64,000 bases of DNA, taken from the NCBI GenBank assembly GCA_963702425.1, contig CAVPCQ010000021.1, positions 123,118 to 187,117 on the forward strand. Reading direction: 5' to 3'. Under the pieces are notes generated by a model. That model did no database searches. It worked only from the letters and a program-made list of their open reading frames with translations, and had not been told where the DNA came from. Shown here in pieces: positions 1 through 9,616 of the stretch. Both the position numbers and the translations under genes were made by a program. Each line of letters starts with the position of its first letter. The first letter of the stretch is position 1. The stretch comes from an uncultured Acidobacteriota bacterium. GTDB lineage: Bacteria > Acidobacteriota > Polarisedimenticolia > J045.

Positions 1-153
1 GCGCGCCACGTCTGGGGCTACGAGGGGATCGGCGACCGCCAGCGCCTGAAGCAGCTGGTCCACCGCGTCCGGACCAAGATCGAGAGCAATCCCGCCGAGG
101 CCCTGCTGCTGGTGACTGTCCCCGGCGTGGGCTACGTGCTGCAGGTCGACTAG
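1..153 (+). CDS. 3' end of an OmpR/PhoB-family response regulator (winged-helix DNA-binding domain), partial
   Basis: Frame 1 reads ARHVWGYEGIGDRQRLKQLVHRVRTKIESNPAEALLLVTVPGVGYVLQVD*, with the VWG...R.KIE..P....TV.GVGY pattern typical of Trans_reg_C. Confidence 0.85.
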   Translation, partial: ARHVWGYEGIGDRQRLKQLVHRVRTKIESNPAEALLLVTVPGVGYVLQVD

Positions 154-243
154 CGGTCCCTCCCGCACGCGGGAATCCCGCGCGGGCAACGCCCGGGATC
201 CGATCGCCGCGCCCGGTCCGCGTAGCGCGCAGACAATCGGCGC

Positions 244-732
244 ATGACGACACCGCGCATCGACCGCCCCTCCCCGGCCCGCGTCCGGCGCTTCGTCCGC
301 GCGCGCGACGACCGGCGCGACTGCGCCTACCTCGTCACGCTCTACGCCACCGCGGGCGCGCCGCCGCTGGCGCGGCTCGACGGTTGCGGGATCGCGCTGC
401 TGCCGGCGGGGCTGCTCGCGGCCGACGAGTGGCTGAAACTCCCGCTCGTCTTTCCGCACGTCAGCCTGGACGCCTGGGTCGTCGTACCGGACCACCTTCA
501 TGGCGTGCTCTGGCTCGAGGACCCGCGCGGTGTACCGCTGACCGCGGTCGTCAAGCAGTTCAAGGACGACTCGGCGCGTCGGATTCGGGCCCAGTTCGGC
601 AGCGAGGCGCTCCCGGTCTGGGGTGCCGGCCACTGCGACCGGGTGTTGCGCAGCTTCGCCCAGGTCGCATCGGCGCGGGAGTGGGTGCGGGACGGGCCGC
701 GGCGTTGGGCGGCCCGGGCGGGGTCCCCGTGA
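244..732 (+). mobile_element. REP-associated tyrosine transposase (RAYT / Y1 HUH)-like protein, probably catalytically altered
   Basis: Motifs YLVTLYAT, LDAWVVVPDHLHG (HUH), VVKQFK..SARRI, PVW...DRVLR and REWVRDGP.RW match the RAYT pattern, but W occupies the catalytic Y position. Confidence 0.7.
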
Positions 733-1088
733 TCGGAGCGGTATCGAACCTACCCCTTCCGGTCCTGTCCGTAGTGTCTCAAAGGCTGCCCGGAGCGTCT
801 CGATATCGCGTGGCGCGGGTCCCCGGACCTGCGTAAGTTCTGAGCGCTCGCGCCGCCCCTGCGCCCAAGGGGGGCGGCGTGGCGGGACGCCGGGGAGAAC
901 GCCGGGCCGACTCGACGGGAGTGCTTGGAGCCTGATGTCGAGCCACGGCCCGGGGGGGGTCCTGTCCACTCGTTGCGGAACCGTTCGCGATGCGCAGAAG
1001 CGGCGCGCCTTCCCGCGCCCGCTCCGCGTCGCCATTTCCCGACCGGGACGGCGCGAGCCGCTGGCTTCATGGCACCGGAGGCCCCTTG

Positions 1089-4000
1089 ATGAGAAGTCCG
1101 TCCGCCCTGTTCTCCATCCCCAGCGTTCCGCTGTTCGTGCTCGGCGCACTCGCCGGCGCCGTTGCGGCTCCGGACGTCCTGGCGCAATGCACGCCGGAAC
1201 CTGAGCTGTGCGACGGCGTCGACAACGACTGCGACGGCTCCGTCGACGAGGTCCGGGGGACGCGCTACGTCGCGGTGAGCGGCTCGGACGGCGCCGGGTC
1301 GAACCTCTGCACCAGTCCGGGGTCGCCCTGCGCGACGATCACCCACGCGTCGAACGCCGCCTGCGTCAACGAGCTGATCTCGGTCGCGCCGGGCACCTAC
1401 GCCCAGGACGCGGTCTTGGCCAAGGCCGGCGTGACGGTCGACAGCAGCAGCTCCTCGATCGACACCCGGCTGCAGGGGACGGGCGCCGGCGATGTCGTGA
1501 AGATCCTCGCGTCCGGCGTGATCTGGAACGGGATCGAGGTCTCAGGCGGCCCCGCGGGCGCCTGCGTGCGAGTCGGCGACGCGGCGCACCCCGACGTGCG
1601 CAACGTCTCGATCCAGAACAACCCGATCCACTCCTGCGCGGTCGGCGTGCTCTTCGACTCGACCGGCTCGCCGGCGAGCGGCGGCTGGAACCGGGTGCTC
1701 GACACGATCGTCCGCAATCACCTCGGGAACGGCCAGCCGAACAGCGGCGTGGGGATCCTGTTCGTCGGCGGCAGCGGCAAGACCGAGATCAAGCTGGGCC
1801 AGATCCGGGACAACGACGGGCCGGGCCTTCGTGTCGTGGCCCCGCCGCCCGGCGGGAGCAGTTCCACGATCCGGATCGTCGGCCTCATCATCTCCGACAA
1901 CGGCAAGGGAGTCCAGGCCGACGGTCGGAGCGCGCTGGAGTTCTCGCACGCGAGCGACGTGGTCGTCGAGGGGAACGACATCAGGGGCCACGTCGGCCTC
2001 GGCGGAGTCACCGACGGCGGCGCGGTGCGCCTCGACGCGGTAGCGGGCGGGAGCATCCTCTGCAACCGCGTGCGCGACGGCGAGAACGGCGTGGCCGCGC
2101 TCGGCGGAACGACCGCCCTGAGCATCCTGTCGAACCGCTTCACGGGCAACACCGGCACCGCGCTGCTGTTCGACCCGACGTCGGGGGCCGGCTCGGTCGT
2201 CAATCAGGACCTCTTCAGCGGCAACGCCGTCGCGCTGGACAACCGGAACCCGGCGCCGCTCGACGCGCGCCTGAGCTGGTGGAATGCGGCGAGCGGACCG
2301 GCCCCCGGCGGGTCCGGCGACCTCGTCCTGGGGGCCGTCGACAGCTCGCGGTTCTGGGCCCGGGGCGTCGCGCCTTTGCTGGTCAAGGCGCCCGAGAACA
2401 GCGGCTGGAGCTGGCCCGTCGCCGCCTGCTACGCGCTCGTCGGTCCGGCCGCGAACGCCGCCGTCGACGGCGACCTGCTGCTGGTCGGCACCGGGCGCTA
2501 CATCGAGCACGCGGTCATCGACGGCAAGCGGCTCGACATCGAGGGGATCGACGGCGGCTCGGCCTGCTCGCCGTCCCAGATGTGGGGCGAGCAGTCGGGC
2601 GGCTCGCACCTGCCGACGCTGCGGATCAGGAACGTGTCCGGCATGTCGATCAACAACCTGAGCATCGACGGGGCCGGCCAGGGGACGACCTGCGGCCAGG
2701 GCACGGGCGACGAGATCAACCTCGACCTGCAGAACGTGGACGACTCGCACTTCACCAACCTCTGCACCTGGCAGCATGGCGTGACCGGCGTGCGGGTCTA
2801 CGGCGACTCCGACAACAACCTGCTCCAGCGGATCCGGGTCTCCGGCATGATCCGCGACCACGAAGGGGACGACCTGTGCGGCGCGCGGGGCCGCGAGGGG
2901 TTCCTGATCGATGGCGGCCCGGCCTGCGAAGGCGGCCCCGGCGCGTTCGCGGACGGCAACCGGATCGTCGACGTCCAGACCTTCCACAACTCGCGCGCGA
3001 TCACGGTCAAGCTGGCCCGGGGCACCGAGATCTCGAGCAGCCTGGTCCACGGCGTGCCGTCCGGCCAGTGGGACGGCGGCGTGTTCGCCACCGCGATCTG
3101 GGTCAAGATGTCCGACGATACCTCGATCCTCGACAACTACGACGTCGGGAACCGCGGGATGACCGACGCGATCCGGATCCAGGGCCGCGCCGCGGCCGAC
3201 TGCGCTACCGAGAATCCCGACAGCGACCGGACCACGCTCCGCGGCAACACGATCGACATGGTGGAGAACGGCGGCTACTGCCTGCGCGTCTATCGAGGCG
3301 CCGGCGACCCCGGCACCGTGACCGCCGTCGACGCCTCCTGCAACACGATCCGCGGCGGCTACCAGGGGGTGCGGCTCGAGACTGCGGATCCGGCGACGTC
3401 GTTCGCGATGAACGACCTCGTCGCCGACACGCAGGGCCTCGTGAACCTGGCACCGGACCTCGCGCTGGCCGAGAACAACTGGTGGGGCGATCCGTCCGGC
3501 CCGAGCGGCGCGGGACCGGGAACGGGCACCTCGGTGACCGGGAACGTCGACTTCACGCCGTGGATGAGCTCGTCCGCGTTCGACGACGCCGACCTGGACG
3601 GCTGGTCCGAGTGCGCGGGAGACGCGAACGACGCCGATCCGCTGATCAAGCCGGTCGACCCGTGCGACGGATTCGACAACGACCTCGACGGCACGACGGA
3701 TGAGGACTTCGTGCCGCAGGCGACGAGCTGCGGGCTGGGTGTCTGCGCGCGGCAGGGAGCGACGACCTGCGTTGCCGGTGTCGCGCAGGACAGCTGCGCT
3801 CCGGGACCGCCGAACGACCCGCTCGACGCCTCCTGCAATGCGCTCGACGACGACTGCGACGGCGTCGTGGACGACGGGTTCGCGACCACTCCGACCGCCT
3901 GCGGCGTCGGGGCCTGCGCCGCCACCGGCGCGATCTCCTGTGTCGGCGGCGCGGTGCAGGACACCTGCCTGCCGGGTACACCGGCGCCGGACGACGCCAC

Positions 4001-5576
4001 CTGCAACGCCGTCGACGACGACTGCGACGGTTCCGTAGATGAGGAGTTCGTCCCCGGCTCGACGGCTTGCGGGGTCGGTGCGTGCGCGTCGACCGGCGTC
4101 GGATCGTGCGTGGGCGGCACCTACGTCGATAGCTGCATTCCGGGAACGCCCGCCCCTTCCGACGCGAGCTGCAACGCGGTCGACGACAACTGCGACGGCC
4201 TGGTCGACGAGGGCTACGTCGCGCAGAGCACCGGCTGTGGCGTCGGCGCCTGCGCGCGCTCCGGCGCGACCTCGTGCGTTGCCGGCGTCGAGCAGGACGG
4301 CTGCCAGCCCGGTCTGCCGGTCTTCCCCATCGACGAGAACTGCAACGGCGAGGACGAGGACTGCGACGGCTCCGCCGACGAGGAGTTCCTGCCGACGACC
4401 AGCTCGTGCGGCCGCGGCGCCTGCGTGCAGATCGGGAACGTCACCTGCGTGAACGGCCAGATCGACGACACCTGCGTCCCGGGCGAGCCGCCGTCCCCGG
4501 TCGACGACTCCTGCAACGGCGGCGACGACGACTGCGACGGCTCGGTGGACGAGGAGTTCACCCCGCAGCCGACGACCTGCGGGTCGGGCGCCTGCGCCGC
4601 CGCCGGGACGCTGACCTGCTCGAACGGCGTACCGAGCGATTCCTGCACGCCGCTCGGCTCCGGCACCGAGACCTGCAACGGGCTCGACGACGACTGCGAC
4701 GGGACGGCGGACAACGGCTTCGCGCTCGGCGGAGCGTGCAGCGCCGGCGTCGGGGCCTGCGAGGCCGCGGGCACGATCGTCTGCTCGCCTGACGGGCTCG
4801 GAACGGTCTGCAGCGCGGTGCCGGGCCCGCCGGCCGCCGACGACAGCCTCTGCAACGCGCAGGACGACGACTGTGACGGCGCGACCGACGAGGAGTTCAC
4901 GCCGCAGGCCACGAGCTGCGGCGCCGGCGCCTGCGCCGCGGCCGGCGTCACCGCCTGCGTCGCCGGCGCGGTCCAGGACTCCTGCACGCCGGGACCATCC
5001 TCGCCCGAGCTCTGCGACGGCCTCGACAACGACTGCGACGCCGCCACCGACGAGGACTTCACGCTCGGCGCGGCCTGCAGCACCGGCCTCGGCGCCTGCG
5101 AGCGGGCCGGCGTCACCGTCTGCGCGGGCGACGGCTCGGCCGCCGTCTGCGACGCGGCGCCCGGCCTCCCCTCCGACGAGACCTGCAACGGCCTCGACGA
5201 CGACTGCGACGGCACCACCGACGATGCGCTTCCGCCGACCGCCGGCACGCTGCTCTCGCTCTCGCGGGGCGTGACCGGGACCGATCTCGCCTGGTCGAGC
5301 GTCGCGCTCGCGACCGGCTACGACGTGGTCCGAGGCGGCCTGGCGTCGCTTTCCGTGACCGGCGGCGACTTCGCGATCGCCACCGACCAGTGCCTCGCCA
5401 ACGACGATCCCGGCACCAGCGCGCAGGACGCTTCTGCCCCGGCCCCGGGCCAGGGGTTCTGGTACCTGGTCCGCGGCGGCAATTGCGGCGGCGTCACCTC
5501 GTACAACAGCGCCGGACCGGGCCAGGTCGGCAACCGCGACAGCGGCATCGCGGCCTCGCCAAACGCCTGCCCGTAG
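1089..5576 (+). CDS. Large secreted/surface protein: two pectin-lyase-like beta-helix domains, 11 C-(D/N)-x-x-D-x-D-C-D-G metal-binding (MopE-like) repeats and a conserved C-terminal domain
   Basis: ATG 1089 follows GGAG; signal peptide ends VLA|Q; two WW(N/G)..SGP beta-helix caps; ~60-aa Cys-rich repeat units; C-terminal YDVVRG...YLVRG.NC...CP*. Confidence 0.85.
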   Translation: MRSPSALFSIPSVPLFVLGALAGAVAAPDVLAQCTPEPELCDGVDNDCDGSVDEVRGTRYVAVSGSDGAGSNLCTSPGSPCATITHASNAACVNELISVAPGTYAQDAVLAKAGVTVDSSSSSIDTRLQGTGAGDVVKILASGVIWNGIEVSGGPAGACVRVGDAAHPDVRNVSIQNNPIHSCAVGVLFDSTGSPASGGWNRVLDTIVRNHLGNGQPNSGVGILFVGGSGKTEIKLGQIRDNDGPGLRVVAPPPGGSSSTIRIVGLIISDNGKGVQADGRSALEFSHASDVVVEGNDIRGHVGLGGVTDGGAVRLDAVAGGSILCNRVRDGENGVAALGGTTALSILSNRFTGNTGTALLFDPTSGAGSVVNQDLFSGNAVALDNRNPAPLDARLSWWNAASGPAPGGSGDLVLGAVDSSRFWARGVAPLLVKAPENSGWSWPVAACYALVGPAANAAVDGDLLLVGTGRYIEHAVIDGKRLDIEGIDGGSACSPSQMWGEQSGGSHLPTLRIRNVSGMSINNLSIDGAGQGTTCGQGTGDEINLDLQNVDDSHFTNLCTWQHGVTGVRVYGDSDNNLLQRIRVSGMIRDHEGDDLCGARGREGFLIDGGPACEGGPGAFADGNRIVDVQTFHNSRAITVKLARGTEISSSLVHGVPSGQWDGGVFATAIWVKMSDDTSILDNYDVGNRGMTDAIRIQGRAAADCATENPDSDRTTLRGNTIDMVENGGYCLRVYRGAGDPGTVTAVDASCNTIRGGYQGVRLETADPATSFAMNDLVADTQGLVNLAPDLALAENNWWGDPSGPSGAGPGTGTSVTGNVDFTPWMSSSAFDDADLDGWSECAGDANDADPLIKPVDPCDGFDNDLDGTTDEDFVPQATSCGLGVCARQGATTCVAGVAQDSCAPGPPNDPLDASCNALDDDCDGVVDDGFATTPTACGVGACAATGAISCVGGAVQDTCLPGTPAPDDATCNAVDDDCDGSVDEEFVPGSTACGVGACASTGVGSCVGGTYVDSCIPGTPAPSDASCNAVDDNCDGLVDEGYVAQSTGCGVGACARSGATSCVAGVEQDGCQPGLPVFPIDENCNGEDEDCDGSADEEFLPTTSSCGRGACVQIGNVTCVNGQIDDTCVPGEPPSPVDDSCNGGDDDCDGSVDEEFTPQPTTCGSGACAAAGTLTCSNGVPSDSCTPLGSGTETCNGLDDDCDGTADNGFALGGACSAGVGACEAAGTIVCSPDGLGTVCSAVPGPPAADDSLCNAQDDDCDGATDEEFTPQATSCGAGACAAAGVTACVAGAVQDSCTPGPSSPELCDGLDNDCDAATDEDFTLGAACSTGLGACERAGVTVCAGDGSAAVCDAAPGLPSDETCNGLDDDCDGTTDDALPPTAGTLLSLSRGVTGTDLAWSSVALATGYDVVRGGLASLSVTGGDFAIATDQCLANDDPGTSAQDASAPAPGQGFWYLVRGGNCGGVTSYNSAGPGQVGNRDSGIAASPNACP

Positions 5577-5611
5577 CGAACTCGACTCCGGGCAGAGCCG
5601 TGCCTGCGCGG

Positions 5612-5644
5612 GAGGGCGGGCTGAACGGCCCGCCTCTTCGTTTC
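5612..5644 (+). terminator. Putative intrinsic terminator between convergent genes
   Basis: Stem GAGGGCGGGC / GCCCGCCTC (one bulge) followed by TTCGTTTC. Confidence 0.55.
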
Positions 5645-6317
5645 AGGCGAGCGTCCGCGCCAGCCAGGCCCCGACGTCGACGAACTCCTGCGGGCTGACG
5701 CCGTGCGGGATCGGGTAGCTCTTCCACTCCACGTCGTGGCCGGCGGCGAGCAGCGCCTGCTTCGCCATCACCCCCGCCGGATACGGCACCACCGGGTCCT
5801 CGGTGCCGTGCGCCAGGAAGAACGGCAGCCCCGCGCGGCCCGCGGGCCGGCCCCCGACCGACTCGTCGGGCAGCAGCAGGTACGCCGACAGCGCGATCGC
5901 CCCCGCCAGCTGCCACGGAGCGCGGAGCGCGCTGTAGATCGCCATCGCGCCGCCCTGCGAGAATCCCGCCAGCACGACGCGCTCCGGTGACACTCCCCTC
6001 GCCAGCTCCCGCTCGACGAAGCCGCGGACCAGCAGGTCGCTGGCCCGGATCCCGTCCACGTCGTGGCTGCGCTCGTCCATGTCCAGCGCTGCGATGTCGT
6101 ACCAGGCGCGCATCACGGCCCCGCCGTTGAGCGTGACCGGCCGGTGCGGCGCGTGCGGGAAGACGAACCGGACCGGCAGGCTCGCCGGCAGCCCCAGCTC
6201 GGTCGTGATCGGGAAGAAGTCCCAGCCGTCGGCCCCGAGGCCGTGCAGCCAGATCACGCTCGCCGTCGCGTCGGGTGGGCCGGCCTCGATCGACTCGAGC
6301 CGCGGCACCGTGCTCAC
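5643..6317 (-). CDS. Phospholipase/carboxylesterase (alpha/beta hydrolase)
   Basis: IWLHGLGADG, RAWYDI, GFSQGG nucleophile elbow, HGTEDPVV, PHGV; GTG start overlaps the SDR stop (GTGA). Confidence 0.9.
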   Translation of the reverse strand: MSTVPRLESIEAGPPDATASVIWLHGLGADGWDFFPITTELGLPASLPVRFVFPHAPHRPVTLNGGAVMRAWYDIAALDMDERSHDVDGIRASDLLVRGFVERELARGVSPERVVLAGFSQGGAMAIYSALRAPWQLAGAIALSAYLLLPDESVGGRPAGRAGLPFFLAHGTEDPVVPYPAGVMAKQALLAAGHDVEWKSYPIPHGVSPQEFVDVGAWLARTLA

Positions 6318-7099
6318 GGCGCGGTCCGGTGGACGATCGTCGCGGTCGCCTGCGCGGTCGGCATCAGCAGGATCTCCTCGACGTTGACGTGCGGTGGCCG
6401 CGTCACGGCCCACAGCACGGCGTCGGCGACGTCGGCGCCGGTGAGCGGCGTCATCCCGACGTACGGCCGGCTGGCCTTGGTCTCGTCCCACTCGAAGCGC
6501 ACCAAGCTGAACTCGGTCTCGACCAGCCCCGGCATCACGTTCGTGACCCGGATGCCGTGGCCGTGCAGGTCGACGCGGAAGCCGCGGTTGAGCATCTCCA
6601 CCGCTGCCTTGGTGGCGCAGTAGACGTTGCCGCCGGGGTAGATGTCGCGTCCGGCAACCGACCCGATGTTCACGACGTGCCCGCGGCCGCGGGCGACCAT
6701 CCCCGGCACGACCACGCGGCTGATGTTGAGCAGGCCGCGCACGTTGGTCTCGATCATCCGGTCCCAGTTGTCGAAGACCCCCTCCTGGATCGGCTCGATC
6801 CCCGCTGCAAGGCCGGCGTTGTTCACCAGGATGTCGATCTCTCCCCAGCCGGCGTCGGTGATCGCGCGGATCGCTTCGGTCACGTCCTGCCGGTCGCGCA
6901 CGTCGATCGTCAGCGCGCCGGCGGCCAGCGGGTCGCCGCGCTTCTCGACCATCGCGTCGCGCAGCGCCTCCAGCCGCTCGCCGCGCCGGCCGGCGACGAT
7001 GACCCGCGCCCCCTCGTCGAAGAACGCCCACGCGGTGGCGAGTCCGATCCCCGAGCTGGCGCCCGTGACGAGCGCGAGCTTCCCGTCGAGCCGTCCCAT
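6314..7099 (-). CDS. SDR-family oxidoreductase (YdfG-like)
   Basis: TGASSGIG, NNAG, YCATK catalytic motif, PGLVETEFS. Confidence 0.92.
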   Translation of the reverse strand: MGRLDGKLALVTGASSGIGLATAWAFFDEGARVIVAGRRGERLEALRDAMVEKRGDPLAAGALTIDVRDRQDVTEAIRAITDAGWGEIDILVNNAGLAAGIEPIQEGVFDNWDRMIETNVRGLLNISRVVVPGMVARGRGHVVNIGSVAGRDIYPGGNVYCATKAAVEMLNRGFRVDLHGHGIRVTNVMPGLVETEFSLVRFEWDETKASRPYVGMTPLTGADVADAVLWAVTRPPHVNVEEILLMPTAQATATIVHRTAP

Positions 7100-8331
7100 G
7101 CCGTGCTCCCCGCCGCCGACCTGCGGCCGGCGGGCATCTTAGTCCGGGTTACCCGCGGTCCGGAGCGCCTCAGCCCCGCCGTGACGGCCAACCCGGCGAC
7201 ACACGCCACTGCCGCCGCCGCGTACAGCCCGGTGTCTCCAAGCGGCGCGCGCAACTGGCCGGCCAGCAGCAGCCCCGCGCCTCCACCGAGCCCGTAGGCC
7301 CACATCGAGACCAGCGTCTGCCCCAGTGCCTTGCGTCCGGGCGGCGTCAGGCGGTCGGTCAGCGACACGGTGGCCAGGTGCAGCAGCCCGAACGACGCCG
7401 CATGCAGCAGCTGGCCCGCAACGACGAGCGGCAGCGGCGGGGCCAGCGCGAAGAGCACCCAGCGCACCGCGCCGAGGCCGAGCGCCCAGCGCATCCCCGA
7501 GGCCAGCCCGAGCCGCGACAGCACGCGGTGCCCGGCGGCCATCAGCGCGATCTCGGCCGCGACGCCGAGCGTCCAGAGCGAGCCGATCGCCCACGGCTCG
7601 ACGCGCCGCGCCTCCATCTGCAGGGTGAAGAAGTCGTAGTACGGCCCGTGCGCCGCCTGGCCCAGCGCCGCCGCCGCGAAGACGACGAGCAGCGCCCGCC
7701 AGGGCAGCGCTGCGCGCAGCGCGCCGAGCGAGTGATCGGCCGGGCCGGCGGCCGGCGTCGGATCCATCGCTGCCGCGGAACGCGCCTCCGCCGCGCCCGC
7801 CTCGCGCCCCGGCAGGAAGAACGCGACCGCGCCCGCCAGCGCCATGAAGCCGGCCGCGGTCCACGGCACCGCGCCGAGGCCGAGCGGCCGCACCAGCAGC
7901 CCCAGCCCCTGCGAGGTCGCGATGAAGCCGAACGATCCCCAGAGTCGCACCCGGCCGTAGCGCTCGGGGCGGTCGCCGAGCAGTGAGAAGGCGGCCGCTT
8001 CGGCGAGCGGGAAGATCGGCACGACGAAGAAGCCGTACAGGAAGATCCACGCCAGCGTGGCCGGCACCGAGCGGGCGAGCGCCGTCCCGGCCAGGCACGC
8101 CGCGGCGATCAGCGTGCAGCTTCCCATGATCTCGCGCCGCGCATGCCGGCGATCGGCGAGGTAGCCCCAGAACGGCGTGAAGACCATCCGCGCGATCGAC
8201 CCGGTGGCGAGCGCGGTGCCGATCAGCGCGGGCCCGAAGCCGCGCTCGGCGAGCAGCGGCGGGTACCACGGGAAGAACGCCCCCACCGTGGCGAAGTTGA
8301 GGAAGTAGAAGAGCGAGAGCAGGACGAGCAA
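6910..8331 (-). CDS. MFS transporter (MFS_1-like, nucleoside/phenylpropionate permease type); C-terminal end uncertain
   Basis: About 12 hydrophobic segments, WGYLADR and YGRVRLWGS.GF motifs. The last ~75 aa are non-MFS-like and overlap the SDR start. Confidence 0.8.
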   Translation of the reverse strand: MLVLLSLFYFLNFATVGAFFPWYPPLLAERGFGPALIGTALATGSIARMVFTPFWGYLADRRHARREIMGSCTLIAAACLAGTALARSVPATLAWIFLYGFFVVPIFPLAEAAAFSLLGDRPERYGRVRLWGSFGFIATSQGLGLLVRPLGLGAVPWTAAGFMALAGAVAFFLPGREAGAAEARSAAAMDPTPAAGPADHSLGALRAALPWRALLVVFAAAALGQAAHGPYYDFFTLQMEARRVEPWAIGSLWTLGVAAEIALMAAGHRVLSRLGLASGMRWALGLGAVRWVLFALAPPLPLVVAGQLLHAASFGLLHLATVSLTDRLTPPGRKALGQTLVSMWAYGLGGGAGLLLAGQLRAPLGDTGLYAAAAVACVAGLAVTAGLRRSGPRVTRTKMPAGRRSAAGSTAWDGSTGSSRSSRAPARGSDSPPRGRSSTRGRGSSSPAGAASGWRRCATRWSRSAATRWPPAR

Positions 8332-8340
8332 GCCGCGCCT

Positions 8341-9339
8341 CTACCCCGGCTGCGGGATGCCGGGAGCGGGCGCCGCAGGAGCGATCGCCGGGACGGGCTC
8401 CGCGGCCGGGGCGACGACCGGCAGGCGACGCGTGAGGCGCCGCACCGTGAGCGGCGTCACGCCCTGCGGGTCGCCGTCCACCTGCACCGCGATGCCGGCG
8501 GGGCCCGCGATCGTCACCTCGTCCGCCACCGTGCGCGTCACGACGCCGGGACACCGGTCGAGGCGCCCCGCGAACGCCGTCAGCATCGCCAGCACGAGAT
8601 CGCCCCGTCCCGCCGCGGGGAGCGCGACGAGGTCGAGCCGGCCGTCCGTCGGGTCGATCGACGGACCGAGCGTGAACAGGCCGCCGAAGTGACGGGTGTT
8701 GGAGACGATCGCCCACGCGAACGGACCACCGCGGAGCGGCAGCCCGTCGACGGCGAGCTCCAGGGGCGCCCCCCGCCACGCCGCCAGCGCGTCGACGATC
8801 GGCTTCGCGTAGGCTGCCTTGCCGAACGGAGACGGGGCGGCCCCCGCGGCCAGGCGCTCCTCACGCCGGCCGGCGAAGCGCCGCACGACCTCGGCATCGA
8901 AGCCCGCGGCCGCGAACAGCAGCCCGCGACACGGCGGCCCGTCACCCGAGCGGGCCTCGAACAGGTCGAGCAGGCGCAGGGAGTCAGCGGCGATCAGCCA
9001 GGCCAGCCGCCGCGGGTCCGGGCCGAGGCCCAGCTCCTGCGCCAGCACGTTGGCGGTTCCGGACGGCAGGATCGCGAGCGGCGTCTCGAGCTGCACCAGC
9101 CCGTCCGCCGCCTCGCGCGCGGTGCCATCCCCGCCGACGACCGCGAAGCAGCGGCAGCGCCCCTCGTGCTCGGCGGCGATCCGCGTAATGTCTCCGGCGG
9201 CGCTCGACGGGGCCAGCTCGGCCGCGATCCCGAGCGCGCGCAGCGCCTCCGCCAGGTCGGCGGCGAGGCGCGCCGCGCGGCCCGCGCCCGCGATCGGGTT
9301 GAAAGCGATGACGACCGGCCCGTCCTGCACGGACGGCAT
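8341..9339 (-). CDS. Diacylglycerol/lipid kinase family protein (YegS/DAGK)
   Basis: FNPIAG, VGGDGT, LPSGTANVLA, AGFDAEVV, QVDGD motifs. Confidence 0.9.
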   Translation of the reverse strand: MPSVQDGPVVIAFNPIAGAGRAARLAADLAEALRALGIAAELAPSSAAGDITRIAAEHEGRCRCFAVVGGDGTAREAADGLVQLETPLAILPSGTANVLAQELGLGPDPRRLAWLIAADSLRLLDLFEARSGDGPPCRGLLFAAAGFDAEVVRRFAGRREERLAAGAAPSPFGKAAYAKPIVDALAAWRGAPLELAVDGLPLRGGPFAWAIVSNTRHFGGLFTLGPSIDPTDGRLDLVALPAAGRGDLVLAMLTAFAGRLDRCPGVVTRTVADEVTIAGPAGIAVQVDGDPQGVTPLTVRRLTRRLPVVAPAAEPVPAIAPAAPAPGIPQPG

Positions 9340-9383
9340 CGTACCCGTCTGCGCTGCCGCTGTGCGCGGGTGGCACCGGGAAC

Positions 9384-9512
9384 GAGCGCGGACGGGCAAG
9401 CCCCGGCCGCGCTCGAACCCGGCGCCAGCCGCACATACGGGGAGCGCGGACGGGCAAGCCCCGGCCGCGCTCGAACCCGGCGCCAGCCGCACATACGGGG
9501 AGCGCGGACGGG
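9384..9512. repeat. 58-bp direct tandem repeat (2 full copies plus a 13-bp partial) containing a 31-bp hairpin; REP/BIME-like
   Basis: Units start at 9384, 9442 and 9500. Each full unit begins GAGCGCGG-A-CGGG-CAAG-C-CCCG-G-CCGCGCTC. Confidence 0.85.
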
Positions 9513-9616
9513 TGGCGGCCCCGGGGGGCCTGTGGGATCTTGTCGCGCCCCGGCCGGGAAGCCGCCCCGGGGCGCGGGGGCCGGCTTGGACGGCCCCCCC
9601 TGCCGGCCCGATATTG

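Noticed and set aside
6910-7140. Functional 190-nt overlap between the MFS C-terminus and the SDR gene
   Set aside because: The extension is not MFS-like; a lost stop codon or an indel near 7150 is more likely.
9384-9512. CRISPR array
   Set aside because: The intervening sequences are identical rather than unique spacers, there are only ~2 units, and no cas genes are present.
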